From contig NW_026515675.1 in assembly GCF_025526975.1 (NCBI RefSeq), forward strand, positions 620,001 to 684,000: DNA of 64,000 nucleotides, in the 5' to 3' direction. The notes beneath the pieces are model-generated. The model ran no database searches. It was given only the letters and a program-made list of their open reading frames with translations, and was not told the origin of the DNA. The position numbers were made by a program, and so were the translations under genes. Origin of the DNA: Fimicolochytrium jonesii (Eukaryota). Positions 26,280 through 38,625 of this stretch are shown in pieces; positions within the stretch are counted from its first letter, which is position 1, and each line of letters opens with the position of its first letter.

Positions 26280-28985
26280 TATGTGCTTACTCAGAGCTGT
26301 TAACTGCTGCGTTACAGTACTCCGAAGACCGATGGTTACGAAGCTGGGCGGAGAAGGTGGAGAGGGAGGAGAGGGTGGAGCCCCGAGGACGCGTTGCGTT
26401 GCGAAGAAGGAATTCTATTCTGTGATCTGGAGTCTACTACGGATGCGTTTTCCATCTTTGGCGGATACGCATGGCTAAAGTGACTCAAGTGACTAAACTA
26501 ACGGACATCTTCACTCTTGGGACGCACGCCCAACTGCGACTGTTGGATGCTTCCTTCGTTTCAGGACCATGAGCAGGGGGTTGGCCTATCTGATTGTCAA
26601 TAATGCCAACTCTTCGTGCGAGACAAAAGTCAAAGGTGCCGATGAAAGCGTTGATAATCTTATCGGCAGAGTGATTTGAAGCTTGTACAATTTTCTAGCC
26701 GCCATAATGTCCAGGGCTCTCTCAAGATTGCCGGCCGCTTTCGCGATGTCCTCCATGGTCAGCAGGCGCATCTTCCTTCCCTACAAGTCCCATCCGTCGT
26801 CCGTGTCCCGCCGACCAGTTGCAGTTTATCGCCCTCCCCACGCTGATGCCTTCTGGAGCCTCACAACTTGGCATTCCCTGACGCTCTCCCAGCAGTCTTG
26901 GACTTCCCCCGACGTCGAGATGTCGCCGAGCGTCAGGAATATGCTGATTTTGAGAGCGCCGCTGAGGCGCTTGCAGTGGGCACGGCGGTTTGAGCAGTTG
27001 GCAGGCGGAATTATAGTTTGTTAGCGTCTGAGTCGCTGTTGAACTCATCTATGTACAGCCCACACACCATGGTCCCTGCGAATCCCTCGGTTTGGGGAGA
27101 TAAGCCACGCATGACTTCCATCCCTCCGTACTCCGCCTCGGCATGCGCTTTCTCTGCTTCCTAGTGATGATCTCTACGTACTGTACGCAATCGCGCGTTA
27201 TGCCTATACTACTCGAAAGTTCCAGACGCTCGGCGACATCTCGACGGGATCCCTGTGTAGTCTGCCTGCAGTCAGGGAGCGTCGGAGGAATGTATTTACG
27301 AATCCCGCGTTCCCTGTTTCCCTTCCTTGTGATGCAAGCTTGACGTTGCTTCTTGCTGAGGGCATGTGCTGATGAGGCGAAGCTTTATTTGATTTTTGGA
27401 GATGGCTGCGGCAGGCTTAGGCGTCCTTATAACATGGCTTCTCGGAGCATCCTCCGATCGGCCACAATAATGCTGTGGCAATAGAGCCTAATCAAGTTGA
27501 GCGCAAACGCCTCCAGTCTCATCTCTGACGCATACACCGTACACTGGCTGAAAGCCTCAAACGGGTTTCAGCCGCCCGCTGGCGTACCTCATTAAACATC
27601 TGAGTCGGAATTTTGGTTGGTGCACTTACTATTAGGTTGGTACACCTAGTACACTGCCAGCGGTCTCACCTTGGCGCTTCATTAAATACGTCCATGTCCA
27701 GACTCCGACATCTGAACGCCATGTGTCATCAGACCCATCACACCGAGGGGAGGGTGTCCCTTGATGTGGCTTTCCAATTCCCTTGGGAGGCGTGTATGTA
27801 CATGTGAGGGGGTTGCAGAAGGGTGGATGTCATACTGTACTGTACATAGCACTGGCAGCTACGAGATTGAGGAATCAGGGTACATGGCAACATGCACATC
27901 CGTGGTGATTGCTCTGCGGTAGTATACTAGTATCTGACTCCTAGGGCTCTGGCATATGGGTGCGTACAACTTCAAGACCGCCGTGGGGTGTCCCTATCTG
28001 TGCTGCGCTACGGCTTTTGTTCCTATCGTGTATCCTGCCGGTAAGGCAGCGGCCGGGCGAAACCGGCGTTTCTGCGGTTTTCGTCCCGATGTTACAGTTC
28101 CGTCGCTGAGTGTCGTTGTGGTCGGTGATGGCTCCTGATCTCCGCTTTCGTGCGTTGGTACCACCATGCTGATGCTTTTTTTCCTACCCAGTGATAGCAA
28201 TCCGTGCGACTTCCCAGATTTTCTGGAAACCTGGGACGCCGACCAACTTTCGTGGTAGTCGTTGGTTGGGACGGTAGGTCATAAAGGAACGTATATATTC
28301 GACTCACATCGAAATGAAGATCATCAGCAAAATACCAAATAGATACGATGATCGGGCGAAATTCAAGCTTTTGTGAGGCCCTTCTGTGGTCGTGGCGGTG
28401 AGGTCAAGCGTGATCAAAGATCATCATCACTTAGTACTTACTACCCCGCATGCTTGAGCCGAGAACCGTAATACGGCGGCAGTGTGATGAATCGGTATAC
28501 GGGATTCAAGGCTCATGGCTTGCCTTGGTTGTATACCTACTGTACGTTTCAAAATGTATGCCGCCGTGGGGGGGAAAGTTGTATTCTTTTGAGAGTTCCG
28601 TGACGTTGCAATGAATCGCTTGGGCGCCATTCGGAGATACCATATCATGTTTGGTGCTCCACCCGGCCGCACGAACACATGGGTCTCAGGGCTGGTGTGC
28701 CAGGGATTATTTTTTCGTCCTCAATCACGGTCTGTCCCCTCCCTGAAGGTGTACAAGGCACGTTGTGCATGCCGTCAAGGTCCAACATCTGCGGCGCTAA
28801 ACGCGGGCGGGGGAAGAGCATCACCAACGACATCGCGAGACAGCGCGTTTGTGGGCAAAGAAACGGGGAGATCGGCGAGCTTCGAAGGCGGCGGGATAAC
28901 GCCTGTCCTCGGACCCCTGCTTTGAGTGGCCCACGCTGGGAAAGTGGGCTTGCCCGTCCTGGGCGGGCTTGCAAGTTTGCATGTC

Positions 28986-29021
28986 GTGTGGTGTGTGGTG
29001 TGTGGTGTGTGGTGTATAAAA
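28986..29021 (+). promoter_or_regulatory. (GTGTGGT)4 repeat abutting a TATA box upstream of the bHLH gene
   Basis: Four heptamers at 28986-29013, then TATAAAA at 29015-29021, about 280 bp before the ATG at 29302. Confidence 0.55.
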
Positions 29022-29301
29022 GGAGGAAATGGGGTTTCCGCGCCCGGCCGAACCTCATATGCGCTCAACTCAACCAGCCGAACCCTCCTGAACTCATCAC
29101 CGAACCCTCACATTGAGACAAGTCACAGCTAGGACTTCATCCACAATATTGATAGTCTTGCTGCCCATCCACGCTCTTTGGCCATCTTTTTCTTTGCACT
29201 CACTATCCCGAGACTCCGACTTTCGCGATCTGCTTCAAAAAATACCGTTGACAGCGATTCCGCTCTCAAGCCCCGCACTCACCGGTCAATCATCTCAGAG
29301 T

Positions 29302-30342
29302 ATGGGGAAATCCCCACGGCCAAGCCATAGCCCGGCCGGACAGGTGAACGAAATGGACGACAGCGACAGCGACGACAACCTGGGCACGTCCCCCCAAGAA
29401 GGATTTTCTGCAGCGCCAGCCAGACGAGCTCGCGGCGGCGCCGCGACAAGCCCGGGACGCAATCCTGCAAGCAATCTACGGCGCGTAACACATTCGGCTG
29501 TCGAGAAGCGTCGGCGTGAGAAGCTTCGAGAACGACTGGAAGTTTTGAGGTCGGTGGTCCCATCGTGCTCCACTCAAGCGAACCTCCATAAGATCAACGT
29601 GCTCGACAGCGCGATCGAGTACATCTGCTACATGCGGCGATGCATGCAGAAGCTTGTCGTCGAGCGCGATGCGGCTTACTCCGCCGCCACGGCTGCTGCT
29701 GCTGCCGCCAATAACAGTGCATCGGCGGCATCGGCGGCCGCTACCGCACACATGAACATCAGCAACCAAGGCTGCCGAGAGTGCGCTCAACGGGCCGCGT
29801 CGAGATTCCCAACACGCTCTTCTCATCCGGTGATGATACATCAAGTCCCATCCCCTGCCTCGACGCCCGTCGCGCCGACAACAACATGGCAGCAGGTTGG
29901 TCCAGCGCATCATGCATATGCGGCTGGGTCACCCCCATCGGTGCAGCCAATGCGATCCCCATCCCTTGCTCAGCAATCACCTGGCCAGTATTCCCATGCA
30001 GAGCAAGAGCAACAGCAACACTACCACACACACCATCATCACCAGCACTCGCACACCCATTCCCAGGTGCGCTCCGCCCGTGCACCATCAATCCACGAAC
30101 AACAACAGCTTCATTCGCGCCTCGCTCACTCATCGGGATTTGCGTCCCACGACGACCAGGACCGTATCTCGGCGCCCAGGACGTTCTCACATCGGCGAAC
30201 TGCTTCGGCCGCTTCGGTGCTCACAGGCCCGCCGCCGCAATTCGATTACCCACACATATACAGCCATTCGCGCACCCCGCCGGTTTCGACTAGTGGCTCG
30301 TCAACGGCGAGTCCAATGCGCGTGAACAATTTGTTGTGTTGA
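29302..30342 (+). CDS. bHLH transcription factor
   Basis: RRVTHSAVEKRRREKLRERLEVLRSVVP...KINVLDSAIEYI, with H-E-R basic residues of CACGTG-binding bHLHs, followed by an Ala/Gln/His low-complexity tail. Confidence 0.9.
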   Translation: MGKSPRPSHSPAGQVNEMDDSDSDDNLGTSPQEGFSAAPARRARGGAATSPGRNPASNLRRVTHSAVEKRRREKLRERLEVLRSVVPSCSTQANLHKINVLDSAIEYICYMRRCMQKLVVERDAAYSAATAAAAAANNSASAASAAATAHMNISNQGCRECAQRAASRFPTRSSHPVMIHQVPSPASTPVAPTTTWQQVGPAHHAYAAGSPPSVQPMRSPSLAQQSPGQYSHAEQEQQQHYHTHHHHQHSHTHSQVRSARAPSIHEQQQLHSRLAHSSGFASHDDQDRISAPRTFSHRRTASAASVLTGPPPQFDYPHIYSHSRTPPVSTSGSSTASPMRVNNLLC

Positions 30343-30604
30343 TGTGGTATGTAGTATATTCCCTTTCAGCATAGAAGTATTGCTTCTCTCAGTCCATGTA
30401 TATAGCGTTTTGAAATGAAAAGGCCGGCTTCGAATCGAATGAAGTATCGCAAAGCCAACTATGCCAACTTGAACTGCGCTCAGAGAGTGTACAGAAAGTA
30501 ATAATTTACCGCATAAACACAAGCTCGGATCCCAATGCCCTCCTTTCGTTGCGGGGAACTTCCCACATTCGGAGGAGCATAGGACCAAACGTCGCTATAC
30601 ATAA

Positions 30605-31462
30605 CTAGGAGATGATGCAGCCTTTGTCCCCACGAGATCGCCTTTTGTAGTTCTCTACGTATTTCAACTGCCGCGCGTTAATTGCTCCCCTCCGCCTCTC
30701 TCGAACATAAATTACAGCATCCAGAGGGGCCATGCCGGCCTCTATCAGCGCCATGGTGACCAACACCGGTGCCCTGACGGGACGAATGGGTGAGTTTCCC
30801 GCGCTTATCACTTACTTCCTTGACGAGATGCCACGAACCTCCCTAAACCCGCGACGCAATGGACTCCGATCGTCGTCTTGTTATCGACAGCGGACTCTGC
30901 AGATGTCCCATTCTTCTCTTTACCGAACTTTGAGTTGACGAGGTTCAGAAACTCAGCGACTACTGGAGCTGGCGGTGGATCACCTACATCGGAGGAAAGC
31001 GTTCAGCTGGACCATCTCTCCCATGCTTTCGACATCAAAGGCCCATACCATCCGGAAACGGCCAGTCCTACAATGAGAAATGTCAGCATTGGGTTCGCAG
31101 CATGACGGAATGAACGGACGCCACTCACATGAACTGCGACGCCCTTCGCCTCTAGAGTCTTTTTGTCATATGTCGGGTCGCACACTCTTACGACATCGGT
31201 CACTCTCTGCTTCTCCAGTTCCTGAGTAAGAGTTCACTTCTGCGTTAGTGAGGTGATATCCCACGCGTTGAAATGACATGCAGCTCACCTTCCAATATAG
31301 ATCAAGCGTTCGATCGGATGGTGCATCAAAGATGAGAAAGCGTAAGTTCTTGTATTCTACCAGCGAGGGTGGGTTAGGCATCCGGGGCCCAGGTCCATCT
31401 TTGTTTGCGGAAGGAATCCGCTGCGGTCGGACTCCGCCTGCATGAAGAGGTTTTGCAGCCAT
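30605..31462 (-). CDS. PTP4A: PRL-family (PTP4A) prenylated protein tyrosine phosphatase; multi-exon
   Basis: LRFLIFDAPS, VVRVCDPTY, WPFPD|G, VHCVAGLGR|APVLV, RRGAINARQL, C-terminal CaaX CIIS. Confidence 0.93.
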
Positions 31463-32128
31463 TTTTTTTTGGAGGGGCTCTTCCGACGATGATATGCCGA
31501 CTTTTTCCGGGTAGCAATATGGATGACAGGTGTGCCACGGTCAATCTCCGGCCAATCCGTAAGGTTTCACGGAGACTGGTCCGGCACCGAATGTCGAGCC
31601 TCGAAATCTATCCCATTCGCGGATGTAAATTGGTGAGCGCTCTTGCGATGCCAAGGAAGGTCTAGTTGTCCTGTCGGGCGTTCTGAGTGTGCAACGGAGT
31701 CAACCTGGGTCTAGCATCCAAGCGCATAGGTAGGTAGGTGGAAAATAATTTCCAGCCAGCTTCGCTTCGTCGTTGGGGTTTCGGCCGTGTGCGGTACGAT
31801 GACCGTCGGGGAAATTTCGACCTAAGACTTGTGCTTCCAAAGGGGCAGTGTCTCCGTCGTGCTTTGGCAGTCAAGTTCCCAGAAGTGCAGCTGGGCTGGG
31901 TGCGAAGTAGCTTATACGAGTAGGAGGATTGCCACAAATCTGCAGGTTTCGGAGTTGACCGTTATTGAGAGGAAGATACGGACGGAGGGAAAACTCGACG
32001 CGCGGGAAAGCTGGGAAAGGAGGGACCATAACCTGGACCATAACCTCGACAATCGACGTTGCGTCACGTTCGACGCACTACTGGACAAGGTGGTCACTTC
32101 GGTACAGGACTGTTGAAGTTTGCAAAGG

Positions 32129-32692
32129 ATGGCAGAATTCGAGAAAGGCGTCGTGCCCCGCAAGGACCTCAACGGTGCTGGTCTGCGCATTCTCATAGGT
32201 GAGCTGTCCCGAATGTGTTCGTCGGCTTCCTACCCAAGTTCTCACGCAAATACTTTCCCGATCGCAGTCCACACTCGATGGAACCTGTCTATCGTCGACC
32301 CACTAGTGAAAGGCACGATAGAAACGCTACGCTCCGCCGGCGTCACCGCCGAAAACATCCTGGTGCGCGATGTACCAGGAGCTTTTGAGCTACCCTTCGC
32401 TTCGCAGCAACTCCTCAGACAGCATCCCGACGTGGATGCCTGCATATCCATCGGCGTATTGATCAAAGGCTCCACGATGCACTTTGAGTACATAGCGGAT
32501 TCAACCTGCCACGGTCTGATGCGTGTCGGATTGGACTCGGGCAAGCCGGTGGTATTGGGGGTGTTGACTTGTCTGACCGAGGACCAGGCGTTTGAGCGGG
32601 CTGGGATCGGGCGTCAGGGCCATGCCGGACACAACCATGGAATTGATTGGGCTCAAGCTGCTATCGAGATGGCGTTGCTGAATAAGAAGTAG
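32129..32692 (+). CDS. RIB4: 6,7-dimethyl-8-ribityllumazine synthase; one intron
   Basis: LRILI|VHTRWN, VPGAFELP, IGVLIKGSTMHFEYI, GVLTCLTEDQA, HNHGIDWAQAAIEMA. Confidence 0.97.
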   Translation: MAEFEKGVVPRKDLNGAGLRILIGELSRMCSSASYPSSHANTFPIAVHTRWNLSIVDPLVKGTIETLRSAGVTAENILVRDVPGAFELPFASQQLLRQHPDVDACISIGVLIKGSTMHFEYIADSTCHGLMRVGLDSGKPVVLGVLTCLTEDQAFERAGIGRQGHAGHNHGIDWAQAAIEMALLNKK

Positions 32693-33005
32693 CGCGGTTG
32701 ACCAGATACCGCGAGATTTGGATGAGAATTGCGTTGATGGGCTCAGAGGGCGGGCCTAGATCGGCAAATGGAAATGATGCCCCGGTGGAGGCACGGCTCA
32801 ATGTAGTACATAGCATACGCAGACACTATTGCTAGAGGTCATGTGCCAGAATTGACGTGCAATGGAAGCAGACCTGATGCACATTTCCACCCATAGAAGC
32901 GTCGACTGCATCTGTATTCGAGGTGCGCATGTCGGCTGTATAAGTACGCGCGCACATCAATCACAATCATACAAGCCGCAATGGTTCCCCACTTTCTCTC
33001 ATTCA

Positions 33006-35709
33006 TCACGTCTTGACGCCGATGGGCGGCTCATGGTAGGCCGGCATCCCATGATGCATGTTCTCCACCCGCTGATTTAATGTCAAATTCGACCCTGTTT
33101 TCGACGAAGCCTTCATGAGTTTTCCGGGCGGTGGTCCCTCCCTGTCATCCGCTTGTCGCTCCTCAGCTGGTGTCTCCGCAGGAGGTGGGAGAAACATTTG
33201 TTCTTTTGGCGGTGCTTGCTCTTGTGGTTGTGGGATGGGGGATGGGTCTGGGGGAAGCGGGGAGGGAGGCAGGGCGATGGCGGCTAGAAGACGGCCGAAG
33301 ATGTGAGGCGGGGCTCTCAATGAAATTCCGAAGAATGAGAAACCTTACCTGCGTTCGATGTTGATGGTTCAGGCTCCGTTATCGAAGGCGTTGTAGGCTG
33401 TCTTTGGCCAGGTTCTTTTCAATGAAGTATATGTCAGACGAGTCGAAAAACGGGAAACCCAAGTCAAAAAATCTCGATCACTTACCTATCCGGATCTCGT
33501 CACTGAGCACACTGGACTCCGACCACTTGTCCCCACAACGGTACTGCAATCTGAACCGGTATGCGACCGTCGGGTGCAGTCCCGTCACCGTATAAGCAAA
33601 ACTATCCCCTGACTTGATCTCAATGGGGAGTAAGTCGCGATGCTGTATCTTCCCAGACTCCAGTTTGCCCAGTGCCTCCGCGAACAACTTTGGTGGAGCT
33701 GCTTCTGCATCGCTGCTGGTTGAAGTAGGTAGAATGCTTTGGTCGACTTCCGCGAACAAACGCCAAAGGTTGATGGATAGTTGTTCGTCCTCCTGGACGT
33801 TTGTCACGACGCGAACGGTATCTCGAGTCACGAGCTCCAGTATGGGTTTATTGGGGACCGGAAGGGTTTCGGGCGGTCCTGCGAGGAGCGAAATCTCACG
33901 CTTGAGTTGTCCCGGAGGTGGATCGATGTCCTCGCCGATTGCAACTGTTGATGCACGATCCTTCCTTAGCATGTTGCACCGTTTATGAAAGCGTGCTAAC
34001 CCCGCCAAAGTTACCTGTAGATGCCTTTGCAACAGCAGTCGGCGGTCCGTTCAAATCCTCATACCCAACGCTCATGTGGATATAATACGTCGTACTCGGC
34101 TGAAGGCCCTCAATCTTCAGCGTCCTCACCACCTCAGAAGGTAAATGCTGATCCTGATGTTTCGTTCTCGAAGCACCCGCTTTCCCTCCTTTCTCATGTC
34201 CGCCCTGTCCGCCATGTTCATCTCCTCCGTCATTCTGTTGACCGGCTTTCGGGATCTCGAGATTGATTCTCGTCACGTCCCGTTGCATGTTGACGTGCTT
34301 GGAGTATGAGAGCGTGGCGCGGGTATACCGGGGGCCTTCGTCCTCGTTCTTGGAGGGGACGGGTAGTGAGTAGCTGAGTTCGAGATGTTTCGACATCTTT
34401 TTTAGAACTTGCGGTGTGCGCAGGATGGGTAGTTTGCCTATTTGAGAAGTCGTCAGTATTTCCATTGCGCACCACCTCAAGTTCCAATCTAACTGGCCGA
34501 ACCTTGTATCGTGGCTATCCGATGCAGCTCCGTTATCTCTTGATCCTTTGCAAGGCAATTCTTGCAAATCACTGGCTCCGGTTTTCTGTGCACGGCATTA
34601 TACCGATGTATCTCTAAAGACGCAATCGCCTTGTCTCGCTCCTAACCAATTACTCAACATCTCCTTCCTCCGCCATAAACACCAAACCGCTGTTGTTGGC
34701 TGACCTTCAACGCATCTTCCAGCTTTTGCGCCCTTTCCCTAAACTCCACGTTCTCGCGCTCCAAATGATGAGCTCGTCCTCGGAGATGCCGATTATCGAT
34801 GTTCATATTTTTCTCTATGAGCTCGGCGCGCTTGACAGCTTCCTGCAAGGGGGGTTCCATCTCGTTCATCGATTCATCCTCAAAGTCTAACTACCCGTCG
34901 ACGAGAGCAAACAAACCTCCGACACCCGATTGAGTTCATTCAGCCGCACCGACAGTACATCTACCTCATGCTGAAGATGTTCCCGATCTGCAAGCTGCTT
35001 ATCGGTAGCGAGTTTCTCGAGCCGAGAGTTTTGGTCTTTCAGCCTTTGTCTGTCCTCACTGATTCGACGTGTCAATCAGATTCTCGTAGCTCCGGTACAT
35101 CATCACTTTTGTATCTCCTACCTCAGATGTCGAAGTTCGCGGACGTTACTAGATAACTGCGTGAAATATAGCTTGAGCTTGTTCTGGGGAGGTAAAAGCA
35201 GTTCCTCAGCGGCTCAGCACAGGTAGCAACCAAACGGGAGTGAGTTCTTACCTTGAGCCCATTAATTTCGTCTCGTAATGCCCGCACTACTTGCTCATCG
35301 CTCTGCCATTCCAGCGCTTCCAAGTCCTTCTGCTGCCGCCGTTCTATCTTTCCTTTGACAGTTACAATTCATTTCCGGCCCATTTCAGGCAAAAAAAACG
35401 ACAGCATTTCTTCCAGGTATAATGATGTACCTGCTTCAAAAGCGCATTCTCATGCCGGAGTTTCAGGATTTCGATATCCCGCTCCCGCAGTTGATGCGTC
35501 AAAGTCTCCAGATTTCCCGGTGCATGTAGTGCAGATGGTCTCTCGCTCTTCTTCGTTTGTTTCTCATCCGCACTGGAGTCAACCTTGCCCTTCAACGACC
35601 TGTTGTCGTCGGAGTGATGGTTTGTCCGATTTCGAGGCGATATTGGAACCCGCGGTAGGAAATGAGTCTCATGAGCGATGGCTCCTCCGCCCTCTCTCGA
35701 GGAATGCAT
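33006..35709 (-). CDS. Lebercilin (LCA5)-domain coiled-coil protein with fibronectin type III domains; multi-exon
   Basis: Coiled coil LRHENALLKQ|IERRQQKDL...LRDEINGLK...LEKLATDKQLADREHLQHEV resembles the lebercilin domain. FN3 signatures LKIEGLQPSTTYYIHM and YTVTGLHPTVAYRFRL. Tail VENMHHGMPA resembles LCA5-family ENLHxGLPA. Confidence 0.7.
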
Positions 35710-36410
35710 CACAAGTTCGCCCAGTCGTCGATGCGTACGGCTTCGTTTTCTTTGTGACGAGAGTAAGTCTCGCGTTGCCGCATCGTCGATGCAATCGATT
35801 TTGAGACCCGAAGGTTAATTTCACGGGAGAAGTCCATTATGTGATGTCGTAAGCCAAATTGACAGGTGCCGTCATATAGACTCCTGTATAAATCCCGCGA
35901 GAACATACAACACCCTGATCATTCCAACGGAGTGGACGTTTCGATGTCTATAACCGCCTTGACAGCGGCTTTCAGCTTTGTACAATACACTAGTTAATCT
36001 GGGCTCGATCATTTGCCGCGAGACGATTGGGAGCGGCAATCTACGCCTCGCATATCAGAAGTACGCCGGGCAAGACCATCCCCTGACATTGAGGATGTTC
36101 AATTGCGAACCTCAGATTGAAACTCCGATGCTTACGTACAAGATAGAAGATGCCTCCTCAATGTGGATCATTCCATTGGGATCAGGGGCTAAAATCGGAG
36201 GCGGCCTTGTTTGCGCCGTATGACCACATGGCGCCGGCCTGCAGCAAATTTTTGTTGTTTGGGCCCTGGGGGGATTGGCCTTCTCTCAAATTGCAAACCC
36301 AACAAAACATACAGTACAGTACATACAAAAGGGCAGGCGGGAAAAGACGACATTCGAGTTGGCTGTGACTGACATTCTCCAACCGACCTTCCATCGCTTC
36401 AGTCGTCGCA

Positions 36411-38175
36411 ATGGTCGCCCGTGCTCTCGTCTCCCTGGCCTCTTTCGTCGCTCTGTCGACCGTCGTCCGTGCGCAGGCGCCTGCGCCAGGTGACACTCCT
36501 CTGCAAGGGCCTCAGCCGGTTGCCAATCAGCAGCCTTCCGACCCCAGCTACAGCTGTCCAGCGACATGCGTGGCACCAGCATGTGTGTGCGCTTCGACAA
36601 AGATTCCTGGTGGTCTGACAGCAGACCAGACGCCCATGTTCGTTACCCTGACCGCCGACGATGCGGTCCAGCCTGACACTTGGGCTGCGTTCGAACAAGT
36701 CTTGAACAGCACGGTCAACCCAAATGGGTGCAACCTCCCATTCACGTCCTTCACCTCGATCGCATGGACCGACATGTGGTTGGTGACACAGCTTCACTCC
36801 AAAAACCACGAGATCGCCGTGCACACCATTAATCACCCCGGTGAGCTTCTGCCGATGCATATGCCTGTTTTGCTGGTTCCCGCACGGACTCGCGCCCACT
36901 CACTTTGAAAATTCTGCCTCCTCTGATGTTTAGATCTTGCACTGTCGAGACCGGCTGCTCGCGAACAAGAAATCGTGGGCTCATTTCAAGTCTTGAACAA
37001 CTGGGCAGGAATTCCGAAGAAGGATCTTCAAGGTTTCAGGCACCCGTTCTTGTCGTTCAACAAGGACACCTTCGACATCGTTGCGAAAGCCGGCTTCAAA
37101 TATGAATCCTCAGTCACACTCGACCCCATTCTTCAACCTTACTGGCCGCATACCTTGGATTACGGCTTCGCATACTACCCCCAACCTTGCTTGAACTGCA
37201 CCAGCGGCCCCTCGATGCGTTATCCCGGATTGTGGGAAATCCCTATGTACAAGTATGTAAAGGTCCCCGTTTCGTTTGTTAAGTGGTTACCTGATTGTCT
37301 GAACTCTATGTCTCCAAGCTTGATTACGAACTCAACTCCCCCCGCCCTGTGGACGTCTATGGATCCCATCATTTCCCCCCAATTGAACGATTATGATATC
37401 GCGATGGCAAACTTGAAGGCCTCCTTTGATCTCCACTACAAGACGAAACTGCCATTCGGTTTATACCAGCACCTAGCCCAATTGGTAAGCTTGCGAGTTC
37501 GATCACATGTCTGAAACTTCACGGGCGGCGCCTTGTTTACTCAACCCTTATTTCGCTCGCCAGGTTGCATGGGGACCAGACGTGCAAGTCAAGAAGATCC
37601 AGTGGTTGAAGGACTTTGTTCAGTGGGCACAGACCAACTACAAAGACGTTTGGTTTGTGACGAATCAGCAGTTGATTAAGTGGATCCAAGCTCCAGTTCC
37701 AGCCAGCAAAATGCTGGAATTCCTTCCCTGCGTGGGACTCGCCACCGACAAATCGAACAAGGAAGTGTGCGATGGTATTGACAACAACGGCGACGGAACG
37801 GTGGACGAAGGATTGATGGAGAATTGCCAAATCACCGATCAATACGGCTTCATGTCTTGCTTCGGCTGCCCCACGATCATCCCAAATATCACTCAGCCTG
37901 TGCCTCCCTTCAAGACAGCCGCAAGGAAGCTGCCTGTGGACGCTGGGTGCGATAACGGTGTGTGGGACCCAGTCGGTGGCGCTTGCGTCAATCTCGTTCG
38001 TGCGACTGTGAAGCTGCCCGCTGTCGGAGCCGCAAATGGCACCAACGGAACCAACCCCACCACCGGCTCAAACGGATCTGGATCAACCTCCAACGTCAAG
38101 AACTCTGCGTCTGCGGTTCCCGCGAACGCTGTCGGTGCCGGTGCTATTGTGGCCTTGATCTCCTCATTACTTTAG
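36411..38175 (+). CDS. Secreted, probably GPI-anchored CE4 polysaccharide/chitin deacetylase-like protein; multi-exon
   Basis: Signal peptide, PMFVTLTADDAV, HEIAVHTINH, GFRHPFL, YWPHTLDYG, LWEIPMY, DVWFVTNQQLIKWI, Ser/Thr/Asn/Gly spacer and hydrophobic C-terminus. Confidence 0.88.
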
Positions 38176-38625
38176 ACACTATGCACATTGATCACGGCGT
38201 ATTTTGACACATCACTTTTGACACTGCTTACTCTAGAATTTTTGTTGTGTTGGCGTATTTCAATATAGAATCTACTAATTCCTCAAAGGACGTTTAAGGA
38301 GGGCGAGGGCAGGTTCGGGGAGTGCATACGCAGGTGCATACGTAGCGACTTTCAGTTCAGAATCCTGTCCGGTCACCTCGAGTTTGAGAAGGAGCTCGAC
38401 GCGCCAGACGCGCCAGCTCTGACCAGAGCTCTGACGATGCGCGTTCTCGTTGCAGTTGTGCAGAAGTGCAGCTTCGCATGTTATACAGAACGTTTCGTGG
38501 CCTCCCTTCAATCCGAAGCACAGCACCGTCGCACCCCGAGTAGCGACAGCCCGACTCAAAATAACAACGAGTCGCTTATCACACCGCTAGACGGGGCAAA
38601 TCGTGCTTAGACCGAATTCACGGCG

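Noticed and set aside
26683..27048. Small ORFs upstream of ADE1
   Set aside because: No recognisable domain or consistent splice model, so not called as a gene.
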